Below are positions 62,740-64,000 of a DNA stretch of 64,000 nt, one piece after another (the stretch's first letter is position 1; every line of letters starts with the position of its first letter). The notes beneath the pieces were generated by a model. The model did no database searches. It was not told where the DNA came from and saw only the letters and a program-made list of their open reading frames with translations. A program made the position numbers and the translations under genes. The stretch comes from Vicinamibacterales bacterium (GTDB lineage: Bacteria > Acidobacteriota > Vicinamibacteria > Vicinamibacterales > UBA823): NCBI GenBank assembly GCA_965197385.1, contig CBDANA010000008.1:31717-95716 (forward strand). The letters run 5' to 3'.

Positions 62740-64000
62740 GTGCCCACCCGCTCGTTGCACGGGGTGACCGGTCGCCTCGCCTCCGTGCTGGCGATCGGCG
62801 TGTCGGCCTACGCGCTCTACTGGGTCATCGGCATCATCCAGCCGCAGATCTATCGCGTCACGTTCCTGATGATGACGCTGACGCTGTCCTTCCTCCTGTT
62901 TCCTGGTTCGCGCGCGTCGCGAGCCCGCGTCAGCGTCGTCGACTGGCTGCTGCTGGGCACCACCGTGGTCGCGCTGGCCTGGCCGATCGTCGACTTCTGG
63001 GAGTTCGTCTACCGCGCCGCCACGCCGATCGGACTCGATATCACCCTCGGGGTCGTCACGATCGGCCTCGTGCTCGAAGCGACGCGCCGCACCGTCGGTT
63101 GGATTCTGCCGGCGACGGCCCTCGGATTCCTGGCCTATGGGTACCTCGGGCCGCTCCTCGGCCTCGTCGGTCTGGGCCTGATCGCGCATCGCGGCTACTC
63201 GGTCGCCCGGCTCGTCGGCACGCTCTACATGACGCTGGAGGGAATCTTCGGCGTCCCCCTGGACGTCGCTGCAACCTACATCGTGTTGTTCACAATCTAC
63301 GGCGCCATCCTGCAGCACTCGGGCGCCGGTCAGTTCTTCATCAACTGGGCGATGGCCGCCATGGGCCGATCGGGCGGCGGCAGCGGACCCGGACGCGCGA
63401 TCGCGCTGTCTGGCTTCCTGCTCGGCACGGTCTCGGGGAGCGGCGTTGCGACAACCGTCACCCTCGGCGCCGTCGGCTGGCCACTCCTCCGGCGCGCGGG
63501 CTATCCGGCCGACGTCGGCGCGGGCATCCTGTCGGCCGCCGGAATCGGCGCCATCATGGCGCCGCCCACCTTGGGCGCCGCTGCCTTCCTCATCGCCGAG
63601 TTCCTGAAGATCTCGTATCTGCAGGTCATCACGATGGCCGCCATCCCGGCGGTGCTCTACTACTTTTCGATTCTGCTGATGATCGAAGCCGACTCGCGGC
63701 GGATGGGCACCCGAGCGGTCGACGTCGATCTGCCGACACTCGGCACCCTCACCCGGCGCTCGGGGTACCACTTCGCGTCGCTCGTCGTCATCGTCGTGCT
63801 GCTCGTCACGGGGACGACGCCGTTCCGCGCGGTGTTCCTGGCGATGGTGGTCGCCGTCGCGCTCAGCTTCCTGCGTTCCGAGCATGCGTTGTGGCCCACC
63901 CGGCTGCTCGCCGCCCTGGAGGCGGGCGGCCGCGGCGTGCTCACGGTCGCCGCCACGACCGCGACGGCCGGCATCATCGTTGGCGTCGTGACGCTGACCG
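62740..64000 (+). CDS. TRAP transporter fused permease (TAXI-associated, DctQM-like), 3' end beyond the window
   Basis: It is absent from the ORF track because it has no stop in the window. My translation reads ..VPTRSLHGVTGRLASVLAIGVSAYALYWVIG..LEATRRTVGWILPA..GIFGVPLDVAATYIVLFTIYGAIL..SGSGVATTVTLG..AAGIGAIMAPPTLGAAAFLIAEFL.. The start (GTG 62740) is uncertain. Confidence 0.8.
   Translation, partial: MPTRSLHGVTGRLASVLAIGVSAYALYWVIGIIQPQIYRVTFLMMTLTLSFLLFPGSRASRARVSVVDWLLLGTTVVALAWPIVDFWEFVYRAATPIGLDITLGVVTIGLVLEATRRTVGWILPATALGFLAYGYLGPLLGLVGLGLIAHRGYSVARLVGTLYMTLEGIFGVPLDVAATYIVLFTIYGAILQHSGAGQFFINWAMAAMGRSGGGSGPGRAIALSGFLLGTVSGSGVATTVTLGAVGWPLLRRAGYPADVGAGILSAAGIGAIMAPPTLGAAAFLIAEFLKISYLQVITMAAIPAVLYYFSILLMIEADSRRMGTRAVDVDLPTLGTLTRRSGYHFASLVVIVVLLVTGTTPFRAVFLAMVVAVALSFLRSEHALWPTRLLAALEAGGRGVLTVAATTATAGIIVGVVTLT

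Overview
This is a very GC-rich bacterial window. Its gene content (a TIGR03436-type vWA protein, a sortilin/BNR-type protein, many secreted hydrolases) suggests an Acidobacteriota-like soil organism, but that is inference only. Positions 1-14125 form an IS-dense mosaic island next to the 3' end of a tRNA-like (probably tmRNA) gene. The island holds an IS5/IS903-like element inside a nuclease-domain gene, three IS6-family copies (one decayed), an IS1182-family element inserted at the centre of a palindrome whose empty paralog is also present, an IS110-family element with a long structured left end, a serine-recombinase stub, a HigB/HigA-like toxin-antitoxin pair and some cargo genes. The rest is mostly housekeeping or secreted-enzyme genes: amidohydrolases, S9/M20/M23 peptidases, GGT, penicillin acylase, a MacAB/HlyD-like exporter, a sugar isomerase with ribulokinase, and a TAXI-TRAP transporter. 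It also contains an unusually large number of broken genes. The most notable observations are: (1) an AhpD/CMD-family ORF with an in-frame TGA exactly at the second Cys of CxxCxxxH, followed by a hairpin, making it a candidate selenoprotein; (2) nineteen perfect copies of an AT-rich hexanucleotide abutting a start codon; (3) a 190-bp MITE with TA duplications that rebuilds the stop codons of two convergent genes, with related end-fragments at the 5' ends of two amidohydrolase genes; (4) long G/C homopolymer tracts at a divergent promoter and inside an Mrr-like gene; (5) at least ten frameshifted, amber-interrupted or truncated genes. No CRISPR array, rRNA gene or complete tRNA gene was seen. 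All family assignments come from reading motifs by eye in the supplied translations. No database search was run.
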